From: Psilocybe cubensis
Taxonomy: Eukaryota
Length of the DNA stretch: 64,000 nt
Assembly (NCBI GenBank): GCA_017499595.2
Contig: CM039001.1
Location: forward strand, 186,001-250,000
Direction: 5' to 3'
Both the position numbers and the translations under genes were made by a program. The notes under the pieces were generated by a model that made no database searches, was not told the origin of the DNA, and saw nothing but the letters and a program-made list of their open reading frames with translations. Numbering within the stretch: position 1 is the first letter of the stretch; each line of letters starts with the position of its first letter. Positions 37,271-49,585 of this stretch are shown here, piece after piece.

Positions 37271-39393
37271 ATGAGCACGGAAGAGACCCCACTTCTCCAG
37301 GACAGGGCCGCCAACCATGAGGACGTGTATAATCGATTTTCTCCTGCTAGAAAAAGGGCAATCATTGCGATGGTTTCCTGGTGCGGTCTTATTCCATGTA
37401 GGTGTTCCAAAGTGCATTTTTTTAACGAGAAAAACGGCAAATGTCCAGATTGAATACATCTTTCATAGTTTTTGTGACAGGAACTTTTACTCCGTCCATC
37501 TCTCAAATTGCCAAGGACCTTGATACCACCGGAACCGTCGTAAAGTAAGCTCCCCACAACGCTGTATCCAATTTGTCATTTAATCGTACTGTCGACGTGT
37601 AGTTACGCCATAAGCATATCGTGGATTGCAGCTTCATTGGGGGGATTGATTGGTGGCACCTATTCGACATTTTGTGAGTTAATACGACCTTCGTCGTCAC
37701 CTTGCTGAAAATCAACCTCTGCTAGATGGAAGGAGAGTGATTTACACGTTTTCTCTACCAATTGTCCTTGTTGGGTCGGCCGGGGTTGCATCCGCACAGA
37801 ATGTTCACACTCTTTTCTTTTGGAGATTCTTCCAGGCTCTGGGTGCTTCACCTAGCCAAGTTCTAGGAGCGGGTGTAATAGGAGATGTTTACAAGCTCGA
37901 AGAACGCGGAAGAGCTATGGCTGTTTTTTTCGCGGTACGTGCTTTCTCTATAAATAACTGATGCATGCAATACTGATTTGGGACTTGGCTCAGTAGACTT
38001 GCCTCCTAGGCCCATCCTTGGCACCGATAGCAGGAGGTGCGTGTACCTGGCAGTATAATGTTTACGTGCTATTTGAGCATTGGCATTTCAGGCTGGGTAA
38101 CCTTCTACTACTCCTGGAGAGTCATGCAAGGATCTATAGGAGCTGTAGCTCTTTTGTCCTATGTCTTCATGTTGATCTTCTTCCCGGAAACAAGCCAACC
38201 TGGTACCCGGGGGATAGACAAGCTTAGGTCTCAACAAGACCGGGATACCGAAAGCAATGGGGTCGGATTTGTGTTCATAAACCCTTTCCGACTTATGCTT
38301 TTACTGCGCAGTCCAAATCTTTTGTCAATCGTGGGGAATTTAGTTCTGAAAATGATCCTCCCTACTCACATCTTTGTCGTCTGTAGTCAGTTATACTGTC
38401 AGCTTCACTGATGACGGTGTTCGGTAAGTTCTTTGCTAGTTTGTATTCATTTCTTACACCGAGTGATCCGTCGCGCCTACTAAGTGACGTTGGTGCCCCT
38501 GGTTTACACAATCGTGAGCCGAATTTTTTATTCAACGCATGTGTACTCATCTCAACTTACTTGGGATTAGGGGGAACGATACAATATTGCGAACGAAGCG
38601 TTAATTGGATTATGCTTTCTACCCGCTGGCTTAGGCAACATAGGTGAGGGTTAATTGAGCAAGGTGAATGCCTTAAACTGTATTAACATATACAGTCGGC
38701 GCCATTGTGGTTGGCCGTATTTCGGATTACACTGTCATCAAATGGCGCAAAAAGCGAGGAGGAAACTGGTATCCTGAGGACCGGCTCAGAGCAGCCCTCG
38801 TTCCACTAGGCATTTTTGTCCCGGTTTCCTTGATAGCATATGGCCTCGTCAACCATCTCGTGGATGGGAAACTTGGACTAGCATTATGTCTTGTCTGTCT
38901 CTTCATAAGCGGTCTTGGTGTCAGTATTTCGCCATATTGTGTTGCTATTTCACGAGTTCATTGACTTATCGCGTTGTTCTATCAAGGTTGAAATGGCCTT
39001 TGGGCCATGTGCTGCGTACCTGGTAGACGTTTTACACTCCAGGAGCGCTGAAGCATTGGCAGCAAACAGGTGCTCATGTCTTCTCACATCACGGAGGGCT
39101 GTCACTAATTCCCCTATCCTCTGCACCCAAGTGGTCTCCGATCTATTTTGGTCGCCATAGGCATCGCCTTTGTCCTTCCCATGATTAATCGATTTGGGAT
39201 TGTAATCGCGAATACGATTTTCGCTGTAAATGCTTGGTTATCATTCGGGTGCGAAGCTTTCCTAATTTGGCCCCTGGAAGGCTTCTTAATGCTAACTCCT
39301 ACCACTCACAGGCTCTTGTGTACCCTCATCAAGTATGGTGATCGGATGAGGGCCTGGATTGATGTGGGATTCTCCACAGTCGATAATAATTAA
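37271..39393 (+). CDS. MFS transporter, drug:H+ antiporter-1 (DHA1) type, many short exons
   Basis: E.TPLL N-terminus, FYGRR, RFFQALGAS, GAGVIGDVYKLEERGRAM, LGPSLAPIAGG, FFPETS, GRISD and PEDRL. Confidence 0.9.
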
Positions 39394-40210
39394 CTCAATT
39401 CGCAGGAGTACTGTCAATCCCATCTTCCCGAATGCACATGCCATGGTCTTATTTTTGTTCTTTTACAATGTGTGAAAGGAGAACCGAAATCACTAGAACA
39501 AACCTTGCACCTTTCTGCTCATCGGATCCGTCCGTAGTTAGCTCGACCCATCTATCATTTGCCTAAATGTTTATGAACCTTAATCATCTGGGCGATGCTA
39601 CTGATAGTCAAGACAGACTTCCCCTAACTTGCAGCTATCTAAAGCATGTGTATCTATCGATGATTTTCTAGGCCTTCTGTTTCACTACGGGAAGTATGAG
39701 AACCACGTATATTTACAGGTCTGTTGCAATCATTGTAATCAGTTAGTTAACTACCCCGGCAAGTAAACGACAGGTACATTGAGCGGCAATAGGAATGATG
39801 TAGGTACCACGAGGATATCAACAGAACGGGGTGTGCTTTGTATCTTGATATTACCTCTCACTTAAAAAGACCAAACGTAATCGCGTACTTGATTACGAGT
39901 TTAAGCAAGCATCTAGGGAGCTCTTCTAGCCTGAAGGTAGATCCAGAAAAGGGAAGCAAAAACCTAGACAAGACTGTTCAATAGAGTTCTATACACAAAA
40001 ATGAAATTACATGCCCTCAAACTAGGGTGGCGTAGTTACGCCAGCCGCATGAATTTTTGATATCGGACGGAATCGTAGGATCTTAGCCGCTGTACACCAG
40101 TACCTGTATTACAAAGTGAGAGCCAGTTAAAGACGCGTACGAACATGCTGCTCTTTACCACTTGCCTGCCCAGGTAGTCGTTTCTCGATACCAAGTGTTG
40201 CTAACGTAGT

Positions 40211-40865
40211 ATGAAGGTTTCTTTCGTTTTGATTGCGTCATGCACTGCTACTGCTTGGGCAGCCGCAGTCACCAGTCCCACCACCGAAGCAACAATGAAG
40301 TTCATTATGAGCGGCCTACACGAGGTTAAATATCACTTCATGCACCTCGATGTCGCCATACACAAGTTCCCAGAGACGGGAACTAATGGCGCAAAGGTAT
40401 GTGAACGTGTGCATTCGTCTTCTGCTCCTTTCTAATCGGATCCATTAAAAGGCCATTCACGAACACGAAGCTGCCATCCATACTCTCTTCGGTGATTTGA
40501 ACACCAATCTCGCCACTCTTTCAAGACCCATTTCCCATGAGAATGTCAAAGAGATAGTAAAGTTGTATCAAAGCTTTACTCCCACCATAGTTCGTTCCTT
40601 CAACGGGATCGAAGCCAAAGCACCTTCTTTTGTCACCTTCTCGGCAGCAGAGACAATGAAACAAGACATGATACTCTCCTCTAATCAATGCAAGCCATTC
40701 GCCCAGCAGTTAATTGCCGTCACACCAGTCAGCTTCAACCTCCTATTTGACAATATAACTGATCTAAGCCACGTTGCGTACTAGCCCATTTTGACAGAGG
40801 CTGTCTCGGCCATGTTTGACGAAATCGATGTTGCACGGAATAACGCAATGGTAGCGTTCCAGTAG
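40211..40865 (+). CDS. Secreted hydrophobic-surface-binding protein A (HsbA)-like protein, paralog 1 (2 introns)
   Basis: Signal peptide; amphipathic-helical ~180 aa; FP.TG..GA..IH motif; homologous to the next two genes. Confidence 0.75.
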
Positions 40866-41953
40866 ATATCCGCAGAACCAGACCAATTAGAAACGATGAT
40901 AGGCCGGGTCCACACAGTTCGAGAACGCCTTGGGGAATACCGAATCATAGATGACTTGTATGGCATGATGGGATAGAGAACAATTTAACAACCAGATTTA
41001 CTATCCATCTCATACGGGAAGGTACTTGACATGACCTTAGCAAGGTAGAAGTTCTTTCCATCATGAGCATCGGTAGTCGTATTCTTCAAGGTGACGCACA
41101 AAGGCTCCGAAACACCAGATAGAGACACCATGATGCTGCCCATAGACTGCCCATAAATTCTATGAGGCACATACGTATATGGAACGTTCGATGAAGAGCA
41201 ATTTCCTTTCTGATTTGTGGGTGTTAAGGGGAGCGAGGAGGAAAATCAGAAGAAAGAGCTGTCACTCCTGTAGCTCGGTATGACTCGGAACAGTCTCAAT
41301 AATTACTGTCACGTGACTATATCGGCAACAAACGCGTCCTCTGCGAGACATATAGGGGTTACAGAGGAGCACTGAACGATAGAGAATCGTGTTTTAAACC
41401 CTTTTTACGAGTCATTCTTGACATTACATGTTTCAAAAATCTACAATATATGATACGCATTCCACTCCGATGAATATTTTACCATTCAAGAACTGTGTGA
41501 TTGCTAGATAGAGGACTTTGATGTGTGATTATTATTGTGTTCAGAATTTATGCATGGATTGAGCTTAATATAGATATCACTGATTAAACATAGCGGTGAG
41601 GTTTTCTACTGAAGATTTTACCCTTTCTTGGCAGTGGATAATTTAATTTATATGTGTAGTTGCCTATCAATCGAGTCAAAGAATTGTCAGATGCTGAGCG
41701 ATGTCCATGGGAGGGGCCAAATTTTGCAAATCAAAGATCGTATAAGGGTTATCGAAAGTTGGTCGCTCGTTGTACATTTTTATTCACATGTCACTCGGAG
41801 ACGATACCAAAGTTTATCCCAATCACCTGGGCTGTAACGCATGGAGGGTTGCATGAAAAAACATATAAATGCTAGATGGAAATTATGGTAATCTTTAGAG
41901 CTCTCAACGCACTCTTTTTCTTCGCCCATCGATCTTATTTTGCTCTGCCGAGT

Positions 41954-42675
41954 ATGAAGTTCTCCCTGGCAGTCGTTGCATCTTGCATTGCGGTGGCGTC
42001 AGCAGCCGCTGTGTCCACAACGGAGGCAACGATGAGATTGATAATGAAGGATCTATCTACGATTGGAGGACAATTCACCAAGATTGCCTCTGATGTTAGC
42101 AAGTTCCCTCAAACCGGTGCTAAAGGCGCAAGTGTAAGCGCAAATGATTTCTCCGCGACATATCTCTGCATCCCTTACCGTCTACTAGGATATTCACGCC
42201 GACGAGGCTGCAATCCACACGCTTTTCATTGACGTGAACAACAATTTGGGTGTTAGTATACCTACCTACTTGGAGTTCAAAATTCTGATCACTGGTCATT
42301 TATTCTACTCTACAGCTTCTTCCGACACCCGTGTCGGCAGAGAATATCAAAAAAGTTATTGACACGTACAATAGTTTCACACCCAATATCCTTGATTATC
42401 TCAACGGAATCACGGCCAAGGCATCCGACTTCAAAGCTCTGGGCCCAGCGGAAACGACCACCATGTCCACTGATTTACTTTCCTCTGCTGCAGTATGCAG
42501 AGCATTTGCCGGAACTGTCTTGTCAATGACTCCTGTCTGTGATTTTTACTTTATTGTGCTTATAGATAAACTGATGAGGTATAAATAACAGCCTGTTATG
42601 ACAGACGCTGTGAATACCATGTTCAATGAGGTCGATGCAGCCAGGGAGAGCGCATCCGCAGCTCTTAGCGCATGA
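41954..42675 (+). CDS. Secreted HsbA-like protein, paralog 2 (3 introns)
   Basis: MKFSLAVVASCIAVASAAAV...KFPQTGAKGAS/DIHADE...PNILDYLNGITAKASDF...EVDAARESASAALSA. Confidence 0.8.
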
Positions 42676-43795
42676 TTTTTGTTCATTATTCTCAAGCGAT
42701 GTTTATTAGCCTGTAGCATTTTAGGCTGTAGACCCTATACGTATTCACTTTCAAACATATTAACACAGAGAGATGCATATATTATTGCACAAAGGGTCTG
42801 AAAAGGTTGATTGAATGAGACGCGCACCACATGAAGATAACGGAGATAATGTGAACTTGTTCCACTTGCAAGGGGACAAGTAACTCTTGGTTTCTCGCAT
42901 AATCTGTGCCAGCAAAAGTCACGAACCTCGTGATTCATCCTTAGATATTCCACGATGACCGAGTAAATTTCAATTCCATGAGCTCAAACCTACAAGCCCA
43001 AAATAACCAACAATTTGAAAGCTAAATAAAAATGACGATCCCATTCACATAGTTCCTTTCGGCAGTATGGAATCTATATGAATGTCGAAAAGTCATGGTT
43101 CCCCTGTCTGTACAACTTGAACTTCTTTACCCTTCCCCCTCTTCATGTGTACTTCCATGAAATATATAGACATTGTAATGGGCCGCGCATTCAGGACCTT
43201 GGGCGCAGAGCTAGGACATAGCTGACAAGGGGTTCGTGAGATTGTTGATTATAAAAATAGTCTGTCCTGTCGTACAGCCTTTGCATTCTCAATCAGAGGA
43301 CCCCACGGCGCCGATCAATCGACATTACCGTGCTCGAGGAAGAGATCCGTCTTTACAGCATTAAATGCATAAACGAGCATATTCTGCCTACTCCCGAATA
43401 TACCTCAGGAACACGACATGGAAAGCTGATGTATTGAAGTTAGCTGCCTACCGGAGGGAGCAAAATCAAGCGCCGAAGTCAAATAAATTTACTCGTTATT
43501 TCTGTTTAACCTAGCTGAGAGAAATTAATGGTGTGCCACAACTCTTGTGAAAAGAAGATGGCAGACAATGTATGGCGACGATATTGTTGGACTGACTCCA
43601 CGAGAGGATTTGAAAAATCACACGTCAACTGGCATGCGTTTCATGTGGAATGGTTAGAGGTAACTATAGGCACCAGTATGTGCCTCTACAAGGGGCGAAA
43701 AGAAGTATTAAAAGCAACAGATTGTGACTCCAACTTTTCTCGTCGCTCAAGCTACATTGGATACGCGGAAACTCTTGCCAGTACTCTATTCAAGG

Positions 43796-44523
43796 ATGAG
43801 ATTTTCACTGTTCATTGCTGCCACTTCTTTCATTGCTGCGGCCTCGGCAGCTGCCGTGTCTACGCCGGCGGCGACTATGAGGCTGGTCATGAACGACCTG
43901 GTAAAGATCGGTAATCAGTTCACCAAAATCACATCGGATGTCAACAACTTCCCCCAGACGGGAGCTCAAGGAGCAAGTGTATGTTCTATCGCATTGTTAA
44001 AGCCATCATCATTTCTATCTGACCATTTCGCTATTCAGGATATTCACGCAGACGAGGTGGCAATTCACGCATTGTTCCTGGACGTAAATAAAAATTTGGG
44101 TGTAAGTCACAATCAATAAGCGAAAAACACTTGTGAAAGTAGCATCATTAAATCCATAAACCCTTAGCTTCTGCCACAGCCAGTATCGCAAGAGAATATC
44201 AAGAAGGTCGTTTCTACATACAATAGCTTCACACCCAACATTCTTGCATACCTGAACGGAATCACTTCCAAGGCCGCTGATTTTAAGGCCTTAGGCACCG
44301 CCGAAACTACCACAATGACTAATGATTTGGCCCTATCTGGCGATGCGTGCAAAGCATTCGCCACCACAGTGCTCTCGATTACCCCGGTAAGTCGCATAGA
44401 TACTATATAATGCGTTAATTCATTTACAAACTTCTGACACAGCCTGTTATGTCCGATGCTGTCAACACGATGTTTACCAGCGTCGATGCGGCTAGAGAGA
44501 GTGCTGTAGCCGCTTTTGCTTAA
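43796..44523 (+). CDS. Secreted HsbA-like protein, paralog 3 (3 introns)
   Basis: Highly similar to paralog 2, with the same intron positions. Confidence 0.8.
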
Positions 44524-47295
44524 TCGATCAATTATGTAGGATACAGTGTAGTTGACCAGGGATTTTTTCAGTGTAATTTCTGCCTTGCATTCATGTTCAC
44601 ATAGTCTCGTTATTAAATTCAGACATGTTTTCGGAGGAATATTTTGGTACATGAATCAGCATTATTTAGTACAAACGAAGTGAGTTGAGCGTAAACGCCT
44701 TGGCAACTGTAGGTGTAGTCATCGCAAAAACCGAACTCACAAGCGCGAATATAGTAATAAGCATTTACCAGATGGACGATAGGTATCTTCAGAATTGCGA
44801 GTGTGCATTCATGCAATTTAATTAATGAAATAAAGTAAAAATGTCTCACAGGGTGTTGTTTAGTCTATAGTGATGGGTTAAGAGCTGAGGCGCTGAGGAC
44901 TTCAAAGGTTATCGTGCAGTGCGGAGAAGCCGCCAAGGCCAATGTAATCACACCGGCATGTAAAACCCGATAGTTTCAAGTTCATGCCGCACCGGGTACG
45001 TGTTCAGCGGAAGGGAGTCATGATACATGTTACTCTATCGTCAGTACTCAGTAGTAATTATGCCATTTTTCAACACCAACCAAATAATGCAGCAACTTCA
45101 AACGCCGGGATAACCCAAGTGGATACGCCATACGTGCTTGTACAGCGGGAATCCGGAAGAATTCATAGTCTATTTGGCAGTTCTTCACCACATGGGCTGT
45201 TCCATCAATGCCTTTTTAATCATATATATGACAAAATGTTCCGCCAAATTAAGTCATTCTCTGGAAATGTCACTTTAGAGCCAGTTCTACGATAAGGAAC
45301 CTCTGCAGCAGGAGGCGTATGGTGTTGGTTAGTTGTGTCTTGGTGTATTGGTCCTTCACCACAAAAGGGTTTCTACTAGGGAGTCCCTCACCGGTTTATG
45401 ACCCTGGAAACCTGAATGAACACTGATGCTACAGCTACAAGGCGATACTCACGGGAATGGTAGTGTTTTGCTTGTCTGTTTCATCAACTTCAGTGCTCGT
45501 TTATGCCTATGATGCTCTGGAAATCTACAACATCTAGGCAGCTACCGGTCTTTCCCTTCATTCTTGGCGAACACAGATGCAATATATAGAAATTTAAAAT
45601 CGACAGTTCCCATCCTTTGGTGGATTTATCGGGATTCTCGGTATAGCTGCAACACATCCGTTCCGGATGGGCATGTCTTTAATAAAATAAATAGTCGTGT
45701 CATTGTTTGTTGTTTATATGCAAAAGGATATCATGGATACACGGTTAAGGTAAATTCATGAGTTACTACAAATATTACTATTGAGCTATTGAAATACTTC
45801 TACAATGCATAGTAGTACATTTAAGCTTAAAAGTAAATCTTTATGAATCGATTTTACACTGGGGAAGAAAAGGCAATTTGGGGGAAACCTACCATTGAAG
45901 CTGGCTTTGTCCCAGAAACAAAAGCAATTTCTGCACAATATTTCTTAGCAGGGAGCACCCGAACAGTTTGACGATGAGTGTCGCACCACGTGATGTGGGC
46001 GCTTACTTACGGGGTCCTCATGGCGGTGGTTATGGTAATGCAAAGACGAAGGATAACGAGATGCACTTCAGAAATATTTTAAAGGCGTAAAATACTAATT
46101 ACTACCTGGGTACATCTGACTCCCGCCTTCTGAGCAACTCCTGAGTCACCGTCATCAATTCGTCATCCTCGCTCCGAAAATGTGATTACTAATCTCACAG
46201 ATGATGAATGCTGATGCCAAAAAATAGGCTATCTCTACATATTGTCAATAATCCAGGAGAAGGGACTTGGCCACTCAATTTTGAAAAATGGGTACTTATG
46301 TCGTTAGATTTCTAGTTCATTCTGTGTCTTGATCAAAATGTCGGTTACATTTATATGATGGAAACAGGCATGAGTCGTGTACTTGGTTAGGTACTAGTAC
46401 TCCGGTCCTTTTGCACAAGAGAATAATCAAGGGCGCGCCTGGACCAGAAAGGCTAGGTTAAGAGCATGGAATAAAGTGACCAGACATTGAGGCGAGCATA
46501 TGATATCGGGTCCCGACCATTATCTAATATCACGGATTTATTGCGTTTCAATATCAGCAAATGTTTATTAACGACTCGGAGATATGCGGATGAGCATGGG
46601 CTACTGGGTTGTTTGATAAAATCTAGAACCCTCGAAAACAAGGGGAAGTGTAAGCGGAGGTGCTTAAGACTACACGGTGGCACTGTATACAACAATCCTC
46701 ACTGCGAGATTATATCACAGAAACGTTGAAGGTAGAGATGTTGGGCGAACGTTTTGGCAGATGGCCCTAAAAATGCAACAAGAGAGTCACGACTAATCAC
46801 TTGAAAAGAAAAACTGTTTATACTCAAATAAACCAATTTTCTTGGCATCAAGAAGGAATATGAAGAGTAATATTTGAAAGAGGTATCACATACCTTTCTC
46901 GACAATTATACAACTAAACGTATTGTCCGACCACAAGCACAGCGGCTCAACAAAACCTGACTAACTACACGCTATGGTGCTTGGTAGGAGGCTATGAACC
47001 CGGTGATAATACCACCAGGATTGGTCGAATTGATAGGGATCACGGTAATTGTGAATCAGAAAGAGGTTGTTTTCTGATACCATTTTGGATAATCCAGGTC
47101 CAAAGCGTCATCATTATCTTATTCAGTGCAGAGGGCTGGGCTGTTAATATGCTTGGAGGACACCTATGAAAGGTATAAAAGGGGGCATAGGTCAATGAGA
47201 AAAAGCAGGCGAATCCACACCTCTTCTCGAAGTAAGCAAAGCTACTACTCAATTACACCTACCGTTTTCTTACTTACATGTCTTTATCTCAGATC

Positions 47296-48300
47296 ATGCT
47301 TACCTCCACGAAACTTTTGACATGGTCCGTATTCGCAATCCAGCTTATTGGGACCCTAGCATCTCCCGCTGTTCCTTTACCGTTAGAGGTAAATAAACGC
47401 TACAATGAATTTTTAGTAGAAGACTAATACCTAAAATGAAACATATAGGTTGTTCACGCTGAAGTGGCAAGTGCCTCGGAGGCAGAAGAGCTCGTACTTA
47501 CGCCCGCTGGAAAGTTTCCCAAGTCCCAAGTCCACGAAGTACCAGGCGGTGGACGCGTCGAGCACGACGGTGAAACGGTCCATATTTTATCGGCCAATGG
47601 AACCACGGTTTCGACTGCTGAGTTTGCTAATCTCAAACGTAGCACCCTCGAGCGTCGAAACCTTCCAAATGGCTATGTCGTTCTCGCATACTGGTCCGAA
47701 GGGAGCATTGGCAACCCCATCAATCGGTTCACCAGCACTTGGACTGTCCCTGATATTCCCCAGAGTATAACCGGTCAGACTATCTTCATCTTCAATGGCC
47801 TCGAGCCATCCGTCGGTGATGCCATCCTTCAGCCTGTACTACAGTGGGGTCCATCTGCAGCTGGGGGCGGTAACTATTGGTCTATTGCGTCTTGGTGGGT
47901 CGGCCCCGCTGGAGTTTTCTACACGACTCCCCTCGGCGTCACCGTCGGTTCATCTCTCACTGGTGTCATGACCCTGGAGAGCATCACCACTCCAAATGGC
48001 GTCACTACCTATAACTACAACTCTGTCTTCAGCGGATTCCCTCTTTCATCGCTCTCAATTTCTTCCACCCGCGAGCTCCCTCTTGCGTTCGAAGCTTTGG
48101 AGATTTACAACACTCAGTCAGCGACCGGACTTCCCCGAGGACGCACAGAAATGAGGGATATCGACATCGTCAGACGCGATGGTTCACGACCATCAGTCAG
48201 CTGGGTACCAACCTCCAATAGTGCGAACGGATTTGGAGTGCAGATCGTTGCGAATGGTGTTCCTCATGGACGCGTCGACCTTATTTATCCTAACCAATAA
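47296..48300 (+). CDS. Secreted pre-pro-protein (~314 aa), beta-sandwich, distantly like glutamic peptidase G1/concanavalin A; intron 47389-47448
   Basis: Signal MLTSTKLLTWSVFAIQLIGTLA; pro-region VLTPAG...LKRSTLERR; mature part has W.VP..P, FNGLEP, ILQPVLQWG.SAAGGGNYW and AFEALEIY. Confidence 0.75.
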
Positions 48301-48498
48301 GCGTTAAACTTCATCTCCTAATGTTTAGAACAAACATAATATTTAGTGACCAGATTATCACTTGTATTTAGATTTTGTTCTCTTGTACAGGTTCCTGAAT
48401 GCAAGTAAAAAACAAATTTTCTATTGCGATAACTCATATCTAAGTATCCTACGATCACCAAATGTTCCCCATTTGACCTATCACACAGTCGAAACTAA

Positions 48499-49096
48499 TC
48501 AAGCATTGATGGTAATAGGGACCGACAACTTGGTCTCTACCAAGACACTGCTTCCATCAGTACCATCAATCGGGTAAACCATGTTCAAAACAATATTATA
48601 AGGCGCTCCAGCAACAAATGGCCCATGAGGAATCTACACATTAAACCAAATTAATGTCAATACGAGTTCTTAATGTGCCTGAAATGCAATGTTTGCTTAC
48701 CTGGACTGTGAAATCATCCATAGGCTGAATGGTGCCAGGGACGAACGTGTACGTTCGCCTTGTGAGGACGATCGGTTGCTCATTCCCATTATTGCTAGCT
48801 TCTGGCACCTCAAGAGTGTAATCCAAAAATTGGGGGACGATTCCAAATTGCATAGTTGGGCAGTTCAAGCTAAGACTGACTGAGATATCCTACATGGAGA
48901 AATATGACGGTTAGATTCTCGTTTACTCAGTTGTTATAAACAAACCAGTACTTACATCGCCTGCGCTAGCAGTGAGCGGAAACACGCTGAGCGTTCCAAA
49001 ACGCGCTGCCTCTGGGCAATTGCGCTTTTCAATAGTTGCAGATGCAACAATGCCAGAGAGGGATAGGAAGGCAGCAGAGATAGCGAAAAACCTCAT
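48499..49096 (-). CDS. Small secreted protein of unknown function (3 exons)
   Basis: Signal MRFFAISAAFLSLSGIVASA, then a KR site and CPEAARFG; exons splice to ...TVQ/IPHGPFVAGAPY...PITINA stop. Confidence 0.75.
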
Positions 49097-49585
49097 TGTA
49101 AATGGATGTAGTAGCAAAGTTGCGAAGGCTTTCACTGGTTTTGTTTAGGGCGGATGATGATTTTACAGACATATTCAAGTGGAGTTTTTATACTCATCAC
49201 CGTTTGTTAGTCCATATGCTATCCGACGTGGTATTACCATCGGTACCCGAGAATGGGAGGCGGGCGTACAACTCCGCCTTTTTTTAGACGCCCGTTGACC
49301 TTGGACCGAATGTTCTCCGCTGTTGGATTGGCTGGCCTGCCCATGACAAGCGGAAGTAAAACATGTCATCACGCGAGCTGGAATGGGTGCCCGGTACGAT
49401 ATTGCAGTTAGTCTTTGTACTTACAGTGATCTCTTGGACACTTCGTCGAGTAGCCAATGATACAATCCATTGCCCAAGGCTTTTACAATCCAACATTCAG
49501 AATAGCTTTACCAATTTCACATACACATACACGTTTTGATAAGGGTACAGCACAATAGAAAAAAATGCAGGTAAAACTCAATTCA

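Noticed and set aside
44600-47200. Short ORFs in the long intergenic region
   Set aside because: No motifs, splice-consistent structure or paralog support
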